From assembly GCF_001194135.2 (NCBI RefSeq), contig NC_068981.1, positions 160,671,571-160,735,570 of the forward strand: a stretch of DNA of 64,000 bases, written 5' to 3'. The DNA is from Octopus bimaculoides. Taxonomy: Eukaryota. Position numbers and translations under genes: made by a program. Of the stretch, positions 40,047-52,700 are shown piece by piece. The notes below the pieces were generated by a model. It worked only from the letters and a program-made list of their open reading frames with translations. It made no database searches and had not been told where the DNA came from. Each line of letters opens with the position of its first letter. Within the stretch, counting starts at the first letter, position 1.

Positions 40047-43000
40047 TACTTTTAATCTGCATATTTGTTACAATCACTCACCAAGACACACCCAGCATCC
40101 TAGGGTGAGTGAAGGATAAGAAATGTTGCAGTATGACTGAAAGCTTGGGCAGGGCAGGTGGCAGGGGCAGTAGTGAAATATCTTTACAACACATACATTT
40201 AAATTGATAGGGTTTTTCTAAGGATAAGGGCAGTAATTGTCAGCACAATCTTTTAGATTTCTCTGAGACATGGTTCTCCTGGGATATTATCTAGACGTTT
40301 CTGACACCTCTTTCTTATACCAAGGGTTCCCACAATAACAGGAACAGTTCTTGCTTTAAGAGGCCACATCTTTTGTAGTTCAATTTCCATGTCCTCATAT
40401 TTACTTAATTTGTCCAATTCCTATACAGATATATTTTTATCAGTGGGAACACTTACATCTATTAGTCTACAAGTATTTTCTTCTCTGTCCTTAATGACTA
40501 TGTCTGGTTGATTAATTCTGATCAAGCAGACCTATGATCAAAGGCACTCTAGCTATGATCATCATGTTTTAGTTGTATCCTATTTTAACACCTTAAAAAA
40601 AAGTGGTTTTAAAATACTTTTATTATTGAATATGTTGTTAACAATTGTTCATTAACACTATTTCTTCTGTTTATCGTTCATTAGCCTAGTGTGTTTGTAT
40701 GTACCATTCCTTAGCATCACCACTACCATATAGTATATCCTGCAACAAATACCAAGAATAGGCTGTTGTTCAATATTCTCATCTTATCTGCATGAATCCA
40801 TGTGGAGAAATATGTCTGGCTCTAGTGAACACACTTTTGGTTGTCCTATTTCTCCTGTAAAGGAACTGAGCATCATTTGTATTTTGAGACATAAAAATAG
40901 AAAGTTTGCTGGAATGGATTGTAAACAAAATAGAATTTTATTTACAATCTTTCCAGCAAGCCTTCTAACAATGTTTATTTTAAAATTTGCTCTTAAGTTT
41001 TTCCCCAGAACTGTCACCATCTAGTAGCACCATGTATATTTTCTTGCTTATCTGTGATTTGATCTACATTTATGCATGCTGATACATAGTGGAGCTTGTA
41101 AACTACAAAGTTATAGCTACAATCCTAAGTAGGTTAATGATTTCGATGAATAAAAGAAAAATTTGAAGATGAAGTAGAAATATATGTAGATCAGATTTGA
41201 GAGAACGTTAGATTTCGTAAGTTAGATGATGAATGTTTGGAATATATAGGCTGAATTTGTTGCGAAGCTGGAGAAGAAAAAAAAACCTGATGCTGAATTG
41301 ATAATGATTTTCATAAAAATAACACTGATGCAATTGAGTACAAAATAAATCTACTGTCTTTAACGAAGCTTTTCTAAGATATATTTTTATTCCATAGGGT
41401 CTTGGAAATTTTGATGTGGTCCCCAATCTTGGAGTTTTAGACCTTACTTCAGAAGATTTCCTCCTGGATGAAGTTGATTGTAAGTCTCTCTCTCTATATT
41501 GTTGTGTATTTATTTTCAAAGATTAATATATTATATCTTTGGATTTTGAAATTTTTGAAATTTTTAATTGATTATTTTCAAAACATGCATGCTGATGATG
41601 AACATTGCATTCATTTTTCCCTAGAAATTAATAATAAAGAAGTAAGAAGTTTTTAAAGTTATATAATTTTAGCCAATTGAAAGCCTCCATTGCTGACATA
41701 TTTTAAGTTGCAACTGTTATCTTGGAGATGAGCACAAACAAAGATGAAACCCTTATGTGGTTTCTCAACCTGCAAAAAAAAAATGTTGCAGCCAAATCTT
41801 CCTTAAACTACAAAATAACATCTGAAAAAACAAAATAAGCTGGAATTGGTTTGAATGCTATTGATCACAGATATACTTCATCAAAAATTGTATTTTTTTA
41901 GCCATTCATAATTAGAGTACCAATCCATCATAATATCGACCTAAATTCATACTGACTCTAAATATGGTTTTTATATGTAATCATGAACACATTGTATGTA
42001 TTAATGACAAACATATTCAGCATATTATATATATTATATATAAAATCATATGAATGATATTTAAAACTTATGCTACTCTTTTCTGTTTTACTTTTTGTAT
42101 AATTTGTGTTTTCAATTTTAATGAATTTTTATTCAAATATTTTAATATTTGTTACTTTCTAGTTCATATACAACAAAATCTGGAAGATGATATTGTAAAA
42201 GAAGCTTTGAAAACTGTGAGTAAATTCTGAAATTAATTTAAGAACCCTTCCATATTTCTTATTGGTGTTTCTATGTTGGACATCCCTAATCAGCTTTGTT
42301 TGAATACAACTTTTGTACAGAGATAAGTCAGGGCCATGTAGGGAAGAAAAATTCTAATTAATAATACTTATGTGGTGAATTTTAATTTGATCATGACAAA
42401 GTATGGATTTTGGTCTTATTAGACTGCCACTGCAAAGTGTAACTTACTTCATCCTCATCAAGATTAAACATTAGAGAATCATTATATTATGGAGATGTAT
42501 TTGCATGACAAGTGTTTTGATATGGGAATCGTGTGCTGAAAGTAAAATGATTGCAGTGTGGAAGACACATATTAACCATTCGGAAACATACAAAGACTGT
42601 TAACTTCACTTAAACCTTTATTGTGTGTGTGTGTAATAATAATAATAATAATCATCATCATCATTGTTTAACGTCCACTCTTCACACTGGCATGGGTTGG
42701 ACAATTTGACATGGAGCTGACTAGCAGGGAACTGTCTGGACTCCAGCTGTCTGTTCTGGCATGGTGTCCATGGCTGGATGCCTTTCCTAATGCCAACCAC
42801 GAGTATGCTGGGTGCTTTTCACATGCCACTGGCATTGGTACATTTATGCAGCACTGGCATGGGTACTTTTTATGTGGCACTGGCATTTGAAAGGACAAGC
42901 TTGAATTAGTGGAAGATGGCAATTTTACTTAGCTTGATGTGTCTTATCAAGTATAGCAAATTGCCTCTCCTGGTCCCTTGTCAATTCCTCGGTGATGCCC

Positions 43001-46000
43001 AGCGTCCAAAGATCCTTTCTTACCACTTCGTTCCACATCTTCCTGGGTCTACCCCTTCCACAGGTACCCTCCGCAATTAGAGTTCAGCACTTCTTTATGT
43101 AGCTGCACTCATCCATATGCATCACATGACTAAACCAGCATAGTCTTCCCTCTTGGTGTAATATGGTGTCAAAAATTATTGTCACTCCAAACTGCGAACT
43201 GGTCACTGTGACAGTGTAACATTATCAGTGACCAGGTTGCTGTTTAGAGTGAAGACAGTTTTGAAACCATATTACAAACAGTAAATGTTTAAGTGATGTT
43301 AACAGTTTTTATGTGTTTCTGAACGACCAGTATGTGTCTTCTATGCTGAATCAATATATTCATTTCAAATTTTGGCACAAGGCCAACAATTTCAGGGGAG
43401 GGGATATTACATTGACCCTAGTGCTCAACTGGTACTTATTTTATTGACCCCCGAAAGGATGAAAGGTAAAGTCAACCTTGGGCAGAATTTAAACTCGGAA
43501 TGTAGAGACAGATGAAATACCACTACACATTTTGCCTGGCACAGTAATGATTCTACCTTTCACTGCCTTGCTGATGTACTGTAATGTACATGAGTAAGCA
43601 TCAAAAACAATAATGTTTGAGAGAAATTATGATAATATGCATAAAAATAACAGTCAGGTTAGTTCTATCATTTAAAATTTTGATTTCAAATTTTGGCACA
43701 AGGCCAGCAATTTTGGGGAGGGGGTAAGTTGATTACATTGATTTCAGTACTCTGCTGGTATTTATTTTATTGACCCTGAAAGGATGAAAGGCAAAGTTGA
43801 CCTTGTCAGAATTTGCTATCATTTTTAACATAGTGAGGAAAAGAATTTTAATTAAAATTACTTACAAGATGAGAAGAAAGTGTTAAATCAACGATGAAGG
43901 TATCTGACTGAATGCTGAGGAACACTCTGAAAGTTCTACATGCTGAGGATACATATATTAATCAGTATGTTAATTTTAGTCAAATTTTAGTAATACTCTT
44001 CTTGTTACCTGTAGCTACCTCATTGATTGTCTACTATTTTAGATTCTCATTTTAAACACAGGAGAGAGTATATTGTAGAAGGTTTGATTGCTTAAATTTC
44101 TATTGATTTTGAAGTAGTCTGCATAAACATCAAGCAATGTATTTTGTATATAGTTGAGATAAATGTCATCTAGTGGAGAATGGTGATTGAATGGTGTTCA
44201 TTGCCTCTTGTACTTGATGGTTGCTATAATGGTAATGAAAACAATGAGGAAAGTACCACAAACATTGAAAACTATAGATGATGTTTCATTAAACTACTGT
44301 ATATAATACAATACTGTACACAATATCTCATACACATTGCTGATCAATGTGAGAAGGATGTAAGTGGCTGAATGACATATTAATTTGTTTTAATGTTTTA
44401 GTCAAGTTGGAAGCCAGTGACCTTATGACCCTTTACAGACCTTCCTCCCTCCCACCATACAGGTGGAAGAGAGGAGGGTCTCCTCAGATTGGAGACATGC
44501 TTATAACAGAGTGGACTTTTTTAAAGGTACTCAAGATGCCAGGTGGTGGTGTTGAACCAGATGACAGCTTAGGTCTATCCCTTAAGCAGGTCACAGTGAG
44601 ATTTGAACTCAGAAGACAAAGATGAGAGAGATATCACAACATTCCCTACTATGTATATATATATATAGCTGTCAACACACTGCCTAGTAGGTATCCCATG
44701 TATTAGCACTGATTTTGATTATTTAACTTACAGAGGGAAGAGCAGTTTTCATGACCTTTTTCAGTGCTTTCAAGACTGAAGGAATTTATTATCCTTGTGG
44801 ATTAATGCTTGCAACAGAGTGGTCTTCATTAGAGGTGCCCAAGGGCTAGGTGATGGTAGATGATGGATCCAGTCTACCAACCAAGAAAAATGAACATTTC
44901 ATTTATTGAGCTTCAACCAAATGTTAATAGCAAGGCCTTCTTTGATATGAGTCTATGATGGAGGACACCTGCCCATAGTTCTATGCAGAGATTGAACCCA
45001 AAACCACATAACTCTGAAGTGAATTTCTTAACCACACAGCCATATCTGTCCTTATGGATGTCTGCATCCCCCCCCCCCCAAAAAAAAACCCAGGCATCTT
45101 AGTACCAGTAGATTTACTCCTTTGTTTCAGTTATTAATTGTGCATAAAAACAGTATTTTATTTTTATCTTATAGGGTGTTGATCTCAGACAATATTCCAA
45201 GCAAATAGAGAAAGAATTATTAGAGGTTGAAAATGCTTCTATACAGGGATGTATCCTTTTCATGATATTGTATGTTTTATTTACATGATTTTCATTCTAA
45301 ACTGTTTTGTCAATGTTTAGACATAATAATGATGTTTGCTTGATATAATGATTTGGATATGTTGGCTGTATATTTTTTCTTACATTTTTACTTCCATTTA
45401 GATTAGGCAGCTTGGAAAAAAAATTAAACATTTGCTTTAATGGATAAAATAAATTTTTTGGCTCTACATCTAGGTGTCTATTGTATTACCAGACATTTCA
45501 GAATGGCACCTGTTGTTAAACCAAAGCAAGAAGTTATACATGCTCTGGTTAAGTGCACAATACAATGATTGTAGTAAAATTTGATTTCAAGAGCATAGGA
45601 TTTGTATCTTATCAAAATGTAAACGGTTCCTCTGTCATGAATTGAACTGAAGCTGCTTAAATGAAACCTAAAATCCCAACTCTTTGAGAAGCTGATACAT
45701 TTATGGTTAGATTTCTTTCTGTTGCCAGCCATGAAATGAAAGAAAGAAGAGGATATTTTGGTAATTTGGACACAACTTAGTCACTCTATTCACTTAACTA
45801 ACGATAACTATCTTGAAAAGAGAAAGGAGTGTCTATGTATAGTTAGGTTGACATTGAGATGAAAATCGACATTTATATTTGCTTGTGCATTTCAGCAATC
45901 TGCCAGTTTCAAAATGCATAAAGCATAAAGTTTTATACCATTTGAAATATGTAAAATATACTTATCAGACACCGTTTTATGGTGTAAGTTCTTTAATATT

Positions 46001-49000
46001 TATTATTTTTTTAAATAAAAATAGATATCAAATGAATTTTATTCTTCATTTAATATTATTGAAGGTATTTATTATTTTCTGAGAACTTTAGAGTCTTGAG
46101 TCTACCAAATGGCAAGTTGTGGTATTTATAATCCTCTAAGCAAATTAGTGAAGTTTGATAGATTAAAATAGTTCTAATGATAATTCAAAACCATGTTGCA
46201 GAATCAATTTTTTTGTGACGTTTGCCCTTAACTGCATTTAAAGATATTAAAGAGAGCCAAAATATTGCCAGTCTTCACAAACAGATAGCAGCATGTGATA
46301 CCATCCTAGAGGTAATTTCTATAATTTCCACACATATATTATTGATGTTTATTTCTTCACTTTTTTTATTTCTTGTACTTTTGCCCACACTGTGTAGTTT
46401 TGTGGGGTAATGATAAATTTAGCCATGGGTGAATGGTACTCCTTTATTCCAATTGATATAGTATTCTTCAGTATTCGACAACACATGACATCACACTATA
46501 AATGCAACTAGTAGATGTTACTTATAGAGCCTGCATTGAGCAAATACATCGTCAGACAATCAAAACAGAAATAAAATCTGATTGTCTGATGATATGTTTA
46601 CTCTATGCTGGCCCTACAAGTTTCATCAAGTAATTGCTTATCTATAGTGTGCCATCTTGTGTTGTTGAATACTAAAACATATAAAAATTGGCATAAAGGA
46701 GTGTCACATTCTATCCATGCTCTTTTCTCTTGCATACAACAGGGTGTACAAATGTGCTTTTCACACAGCTATAAGAGTTTGAACTCTTATTTCTAGTAAT
46801 AATTCTGCTTCTAGCACCCACAGTCACAATCAGTGATGACTAAATTTTTCCTATATGGCTTTGTATAGTGGCTAGCTGCTGACATTAATTTTTAGTATAC
46901 ACATTGACATCTTGCCAAATCAGCCATAAATTTATATGGTAAATATATATATTGACAGAGGAATTTAGCTGTTCCATCAAAGCAATGGAGTCCTAATTAC
47001 TGGATGAAAATATAGTCCTGTGATGTATCTTTGCTCATGGGGCAGTTATCTATCCTGTAAATGTATATAAATGTGCTTTTCGTGCAGCTATAAGAGTTTT
47101 AACTCTTATTTCTAGCAATAACTGTACTTTTAGCACCCACAGTTACAATTAGTGTTGACTGAATTTTTCCTATATGGCTTTGTATTGTGGCTAGCTACTT
47201 ACATTAATTTATATATATATATATAGGCTTGGTGATCAAGAGAGAAACAGAAAAGTTTCGGTGGTAGATGGGTTGTTTGGTGTCTGTTTTCCATATCTGA
47301 AAGACTGTTTGATTATTTATATTTACAACACAGAAAAGAGAGAAGACAAAACAGAGAAAAATAATTTCACTGGTTTATGAATCTTTAACTATTTCAATTG
47401 CAGAGGATGGAACAAATGTTAAATGGTTTCCAGGCTGATTTAAGTAGTATCAGTAATGAAATTCAAACATTACAAGAACAGTCGATTGCCATGAACATCA
47501 AACTCAAGAATAGACAGGTTAGTACCAATATTAGATTTCGATTTCCTTTTATTCATTTATAGTTATCAGTAACAACCGCAGCAATCTGAATTCCTTGGGT
47601 GCTGATTGGTGAATCAAAGTTTTGGCAGTTTTGCCTTGTCACCAGTGCAGTTCTGTCCTTCTACCAAACACATGTTATGCTGAATGACTCAATGACCTAT
47701 TTGTAAATAGATGTGATGTGTGGGTGCAGTCTGTTACAAGAAGCTGTGCAACACTGAAAACAAGTGTTTCGTTAATTTGAAGTATTGAGTAAACATTGTC
47801 CAATCAATGAAATGTGCAGTAGATTTGTGTGTTTCTTTCTAAGTGTGGGATGTCTCTCAGACATTTGCTGCTGTATAAGCTGGGGTAAGATTCTACATAT
47901 CTTACCTGCTATGAGGAGACATATTACAGAAGTAGGAAACATACTAAATGATCAGCTAATACATTTCCTATTTTGACTTTAGTGAAACCTGAAGTTAGTA
48001 AATTTATTAAAGAATTATTCAAGTATAATGAGTGTTGGATGTTATAAAATAAAATATTTACACTTGGTTTACAGCCTCATTTTCCTTTATAAATCTGAGG
48101 CCTTGTATTATATGTATAATAATTTGATAATGCAATGTTGTAACGTGGTTTTAATCATATTCATATATTTAGCATCATGATCTTCATTTTACATATGCTT
48201 TTCTATAATGGTATGGGTTGGATGGGTCATTAGGGTTCAGGTAAGTTTTTATTTTTATCATTGTTTGTTAAGTTTCATACTTGGTATGGTTTCTACTGCT
48301 GGATGGCCTTCTTATTACCAACTACTTTACTGAGTGAACTGGATGCATTTTATTATGGCACCAACACTAGAAAGGTGTCTTACCCAAGCAAAAGTAAAGA
48401 ATCTGTTCTCTCTACATTGTCTCCATTTATTCATTCCTTTCTTTCCCACACAACTTGGTGTGTAGAAAGGGGAATTTTTTTGCTAAATCACTGGTACTGT
48501 TGTGCATTACTATCTCTTATCACATAGGTAGCATGCTGTGAGAAAGGAGTTACAGAAGTGATAGGGTGGTAGAAGAGTAATAAATGAGAGACAGTGAGAG
48601 TATGATAGAGAGAATGATGGAGAGAGTAATGAAGGTCATAGTGAAACGAGAGAGAGAGAGAAAAGTATAAGATGAAGAGGAAGTGATAGGAACCTTTCTG
48701 AAGTTCTGTATGTAAATTCTTCATGCTACCTCAAACAATAATCCATTAAACATAACATTAATGTTTCAGGCTGTGCGGGGAGAACTGAGTCAGTTTGTTG
48801 ACGAAATGGTAATTCCTGAGAGTATGGTGTCGTAAGTAACTTACATACAATACATACATTTTACTCAAAGGTCAGTTTTTCAATCAAGAGTTCACGAACT
48901 AATCAATCTTGATCACTGTCATAGAATCTCTTGCAAGTAATCAATTCTTATAAGATGTAGGAAGGTGATTTCTGTACCTTTGCATCTAAGATTATTCAGT

Positions 49001-49726
49001 TTCACTATTCTTACAGTGTCTTTTTGTTTTTTTTAACCTTTCAACATAATTGAAATCTGAATGTTATTTTTCTGTGAACAGACATATCGTGGATACCCCA
49101 GTGACTGAGCGAGAATTTATGGAACAACTGAATGAATTGAATCATAAAATAAATTTTGTCAAGGAACAGTCGTTTAAAGAGGCTCGCTCTTGCCAGGATG
49201 TCCGTGATATTCTTGAAAAACTCAAGACTAAGGTATATTACTAAACTAATTAAAAGCATCTGACATAATTATTCATTTACATGTTGTGAATCATTGTTAT
49301 CGTTTTAAAACTCGCAAGTTTCTATTTTATTAACTATAACATATCTTACATTGATACATTGAAGAAGGATATAGTTGATTGAATCAACCTTTGTAGCAGG
49401 TATTTATTTATTGGGTATCAGAACAAGAAAAAGCAAATTGTGTGATATTATTTGAACTCCAAATACTATAAGACAGTATTAAATATTATATTAGTGGCAT
49501 TCCTCTGTGTCTGTCTCTGAATCACCTATTTTTAACTGTGACAAATAATAACTGTATTTATATTTCAACTATAACCATGTTGGGGGTGGGGTAATGTTTT
49601 GGAGGTACTCAATTTATCAGATTGTTTACCGGAGTTATGTCCCTTCCAAAGAATTATTCCTCCATCACTTCGAATTTAAATGCAACTAATGCAGCCTCTC
49701 TCTTTCTTTCTCTCTCTCTCTTTCTT

Positions 49727-49773
<47 letters not shown>

Positions 49774-52700
49774 GAGGCTTCGTACAATTTCTGTCAACCC
49801 AGCTCCATATATACACAACAGTAATCAACCTACCCGATTATGATATAAGACACTTGTCCAAGATGTCATGCGTTAGGATCGAACCGAGCACTATGTGATT
49901 ACGAAGCAAATTTCGTAAGTCATCTAAAGTTCTTTTATATTTTTAGGCTTTAAGCAAAATACGGGAATACCTTCTTCAGAAGATTTACTCATTTAGGAAA
50001 CCGATGACAAATTACCAAGTACCCCAAAACACTATGCTTAAATTCAGGTCGGTTGCTACCTTTTCTTTCTGTTGCATTTTTTTATTTATTTTTTATTTGT
50101 GGAAGTGTATTTTGTAACGAATATAGATTTGATATTGAGATAAATGTGGAGAATGGCAACGTCATTTGCAAAAAGTGTAGAATGTAAAAAAAAACATCAA
50201 TAAAATAATGTTTGGAATTTTTTTACTCCAAGGTATACGTAGGTAACTTACAAGTATTTAATTAGAAAAAACATTTAAAAAAAAAAATCCAATTAATTTT
50301 CATATANNNNNNNNNNNNNNNNNNNNNNNNNNNNNNNNNNNNNNNNNNNNNNNNNNNNNNNNNNNNNNNNNNNNNNNNNNNNNNNNNNNNNNNNNNNNNN
50401 NNNNNNNNNNNNNNNNNNNNNNNNNNNNNNNNNNNNNNNNNNNNNNNNNNNNNNNNNNNNNNNNNNNNNNNNNNNNNNNNNNNNNNNNNNNNNNNNNNNN
50501 NNNNNNNNNNNNNNNNNNNNNNNNNNNNNNNNNNNNNNNNNNNNNNNNNNNNNNNNNNNNNNNNNNNNNNNNNNNNNNNNNNNNNNNNNNNNNNNNNNNN
50601 NNNNNNNNNNNNNNNNNNNNNNNNNNNNNCCCCCCCCCCCCCAAGGAAAAATGATAACTTGAAAGCTTAGAAGTATCTAATTAGAAATGACATCAAAATA
50701 TTGCAAGAGTAGAAATCTCAAAGCAATGCTATTAGTAACCTATAATTCACTTTCGTTTTGGGATTTCAAGGAAAACATACTTCTCTTTTTTTTTTTTTTT
50801 TTGCATTCCCCATTTATTGGAAATTGCACTACAATTCTCCACACTTGCTGACATTTATAATGTAGAAGCCCTGTGTTTAGTGGCTATGAAGTATATGTTA
50901 ACACTCGCGGAGTTGTTTTGTTTCAATTCAGCGCTGATTGTATAGACCTATGATCAAAAAGCGTTCCAGTAATAACCATTTCGTATTTTATTCAGACACA
51001 ATATATCTATAAATATCTTATTCAGTATGTCCTTTTAGTTTGAAGATATTAAAGGTGTGCTTAGAAAGAGATTTTACTGCTATTTCTAGCAGGTGCAATT
51101 ACTACTCAAAAAATTATCTTGACCGGCGTACTAATTAGTAATTACGGAGTTGTGTCCCTTAATTATTTCTTTTTAGTGATATTTAGTGCCATACGCTTTA
51201 GCATAGCAAGGGAAGTCACTTAAATCACAGTTCACATTTATAACGGGGTTTGAAGACGAAGCAGTGTTGTTATTTACGCTCAACAAGTACGTGAGACAAT
51301 ATTGTATATGTATTAGTCTGTGTGAGTATATGTGTGTGTGTGTATATACATACTCTTTCACCTGTTTCAGTCATTTGACTGCGACCATGCTGGAGCACCG
51401 CCTTTAGTCGAACAAATCGACCCCAGGACTTATTCTTTGTAAGCCTAGTACTTATTCTATCGGTCTCTTTTGCCGAACCGCTAAGTTACGGGGACGTAAA
51501 CACACCAGCATCGGTTGTCAAGCGATGTTGGGGGGACAAACACAGACACACGAACATATACACACACATACATACATACATATATATATACGTATATACG
51601 ACGGGCTTCTTTCAGTTTCTGTCTACCAAATCCACTCACAAGGCTTTGGTTGGCCCGAGGCTATAGTAGAAGACACTTGCCCGGAACCATGTGGATAGTA
51701 AGCAAGCTACTTACCACACAGCCACTCCTGCGCCTATCCAGTAAATCATAAATCCGAAATAGAAACACACTCTAAGTTATAGAGCAGTAGAGTATATAGA
51801 TAAAGATAGATATGGCTGGTCTATTGGGTTACCCTGGGTATCACTTCCATAACGGCTGGTCTATAGTGTACTCTGCATTTCACGTCCATAAAGCATATAG
51901 CTTTACAGCATTTATTCAGACCCTAAAACCCGTTGGCCTTTGGCCTCTCTAGCCATAGGCTAATGGGTTTTAGGGTCTGAAGAAATGCTGTAAAGCTAAA
52001 CACTTTATGAAGTGAAACCCAGGGTAATCCCAAAGACTGGCCATTTCTATCTTTATCTATCTATCTATATATATTGACTTCAAAGTTAATTTTGTTACCT
52101 TCATCAGAAAGCAAGTAAGGTGAAACTTCGAAGTTACTGTCAATTTATTTTTCTCTTAAAATCCAAATAAATATGATGTATTCTTTAAATATATTGAGTG
52201 ATCCTTTCATTAATGTTTTACAATTATATATAATCTCATTTGGCAAATACTCTACTGAAAATTTATTTCAGTTGAACATTATAGGTATGTCTGTTTGTCT
52301 TGCTAGGTTCTTCAATGAATTCCTCATGAGCCATGAAAGACAAGTAGCCAAAGAAATTCGTGATGAATATGTGGACACTATGAGCAAAGTTTATTATTCT
52401 TATTTTAAAGGATACACAAGTCGACTCATGAAACTTCAGGTATTCCTTTATAGTTTATTATTTACATATTTAGCTAGCAAGATTTTTCAAAAATAATTAT
52501 CTTAAATGAAGGGAACTATAAATTCAGCTAATTATTAGAAGTTTTAGCTGATGAATATGAAAAAAGAGAGAGCTCATTATTTCATATGAAGTGTATAAAG
52601 AAATTATATTTTGTACTAGCAGTTAATTTCCATTTTTTTTTCATATCACTAATTTCTCTGATAACTTTTAGAAGAATCTACTAGTAGATACAGTGAACCA

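Noticed and set aside
52440-52450. VPS52 intron 10 donor GTATTCCTTT as a third U12 intron
   Set aside because: It breaks the required RTATCC core, and the 3' end has a U2-like branch (GCTTAC) and pyrimidine tract.
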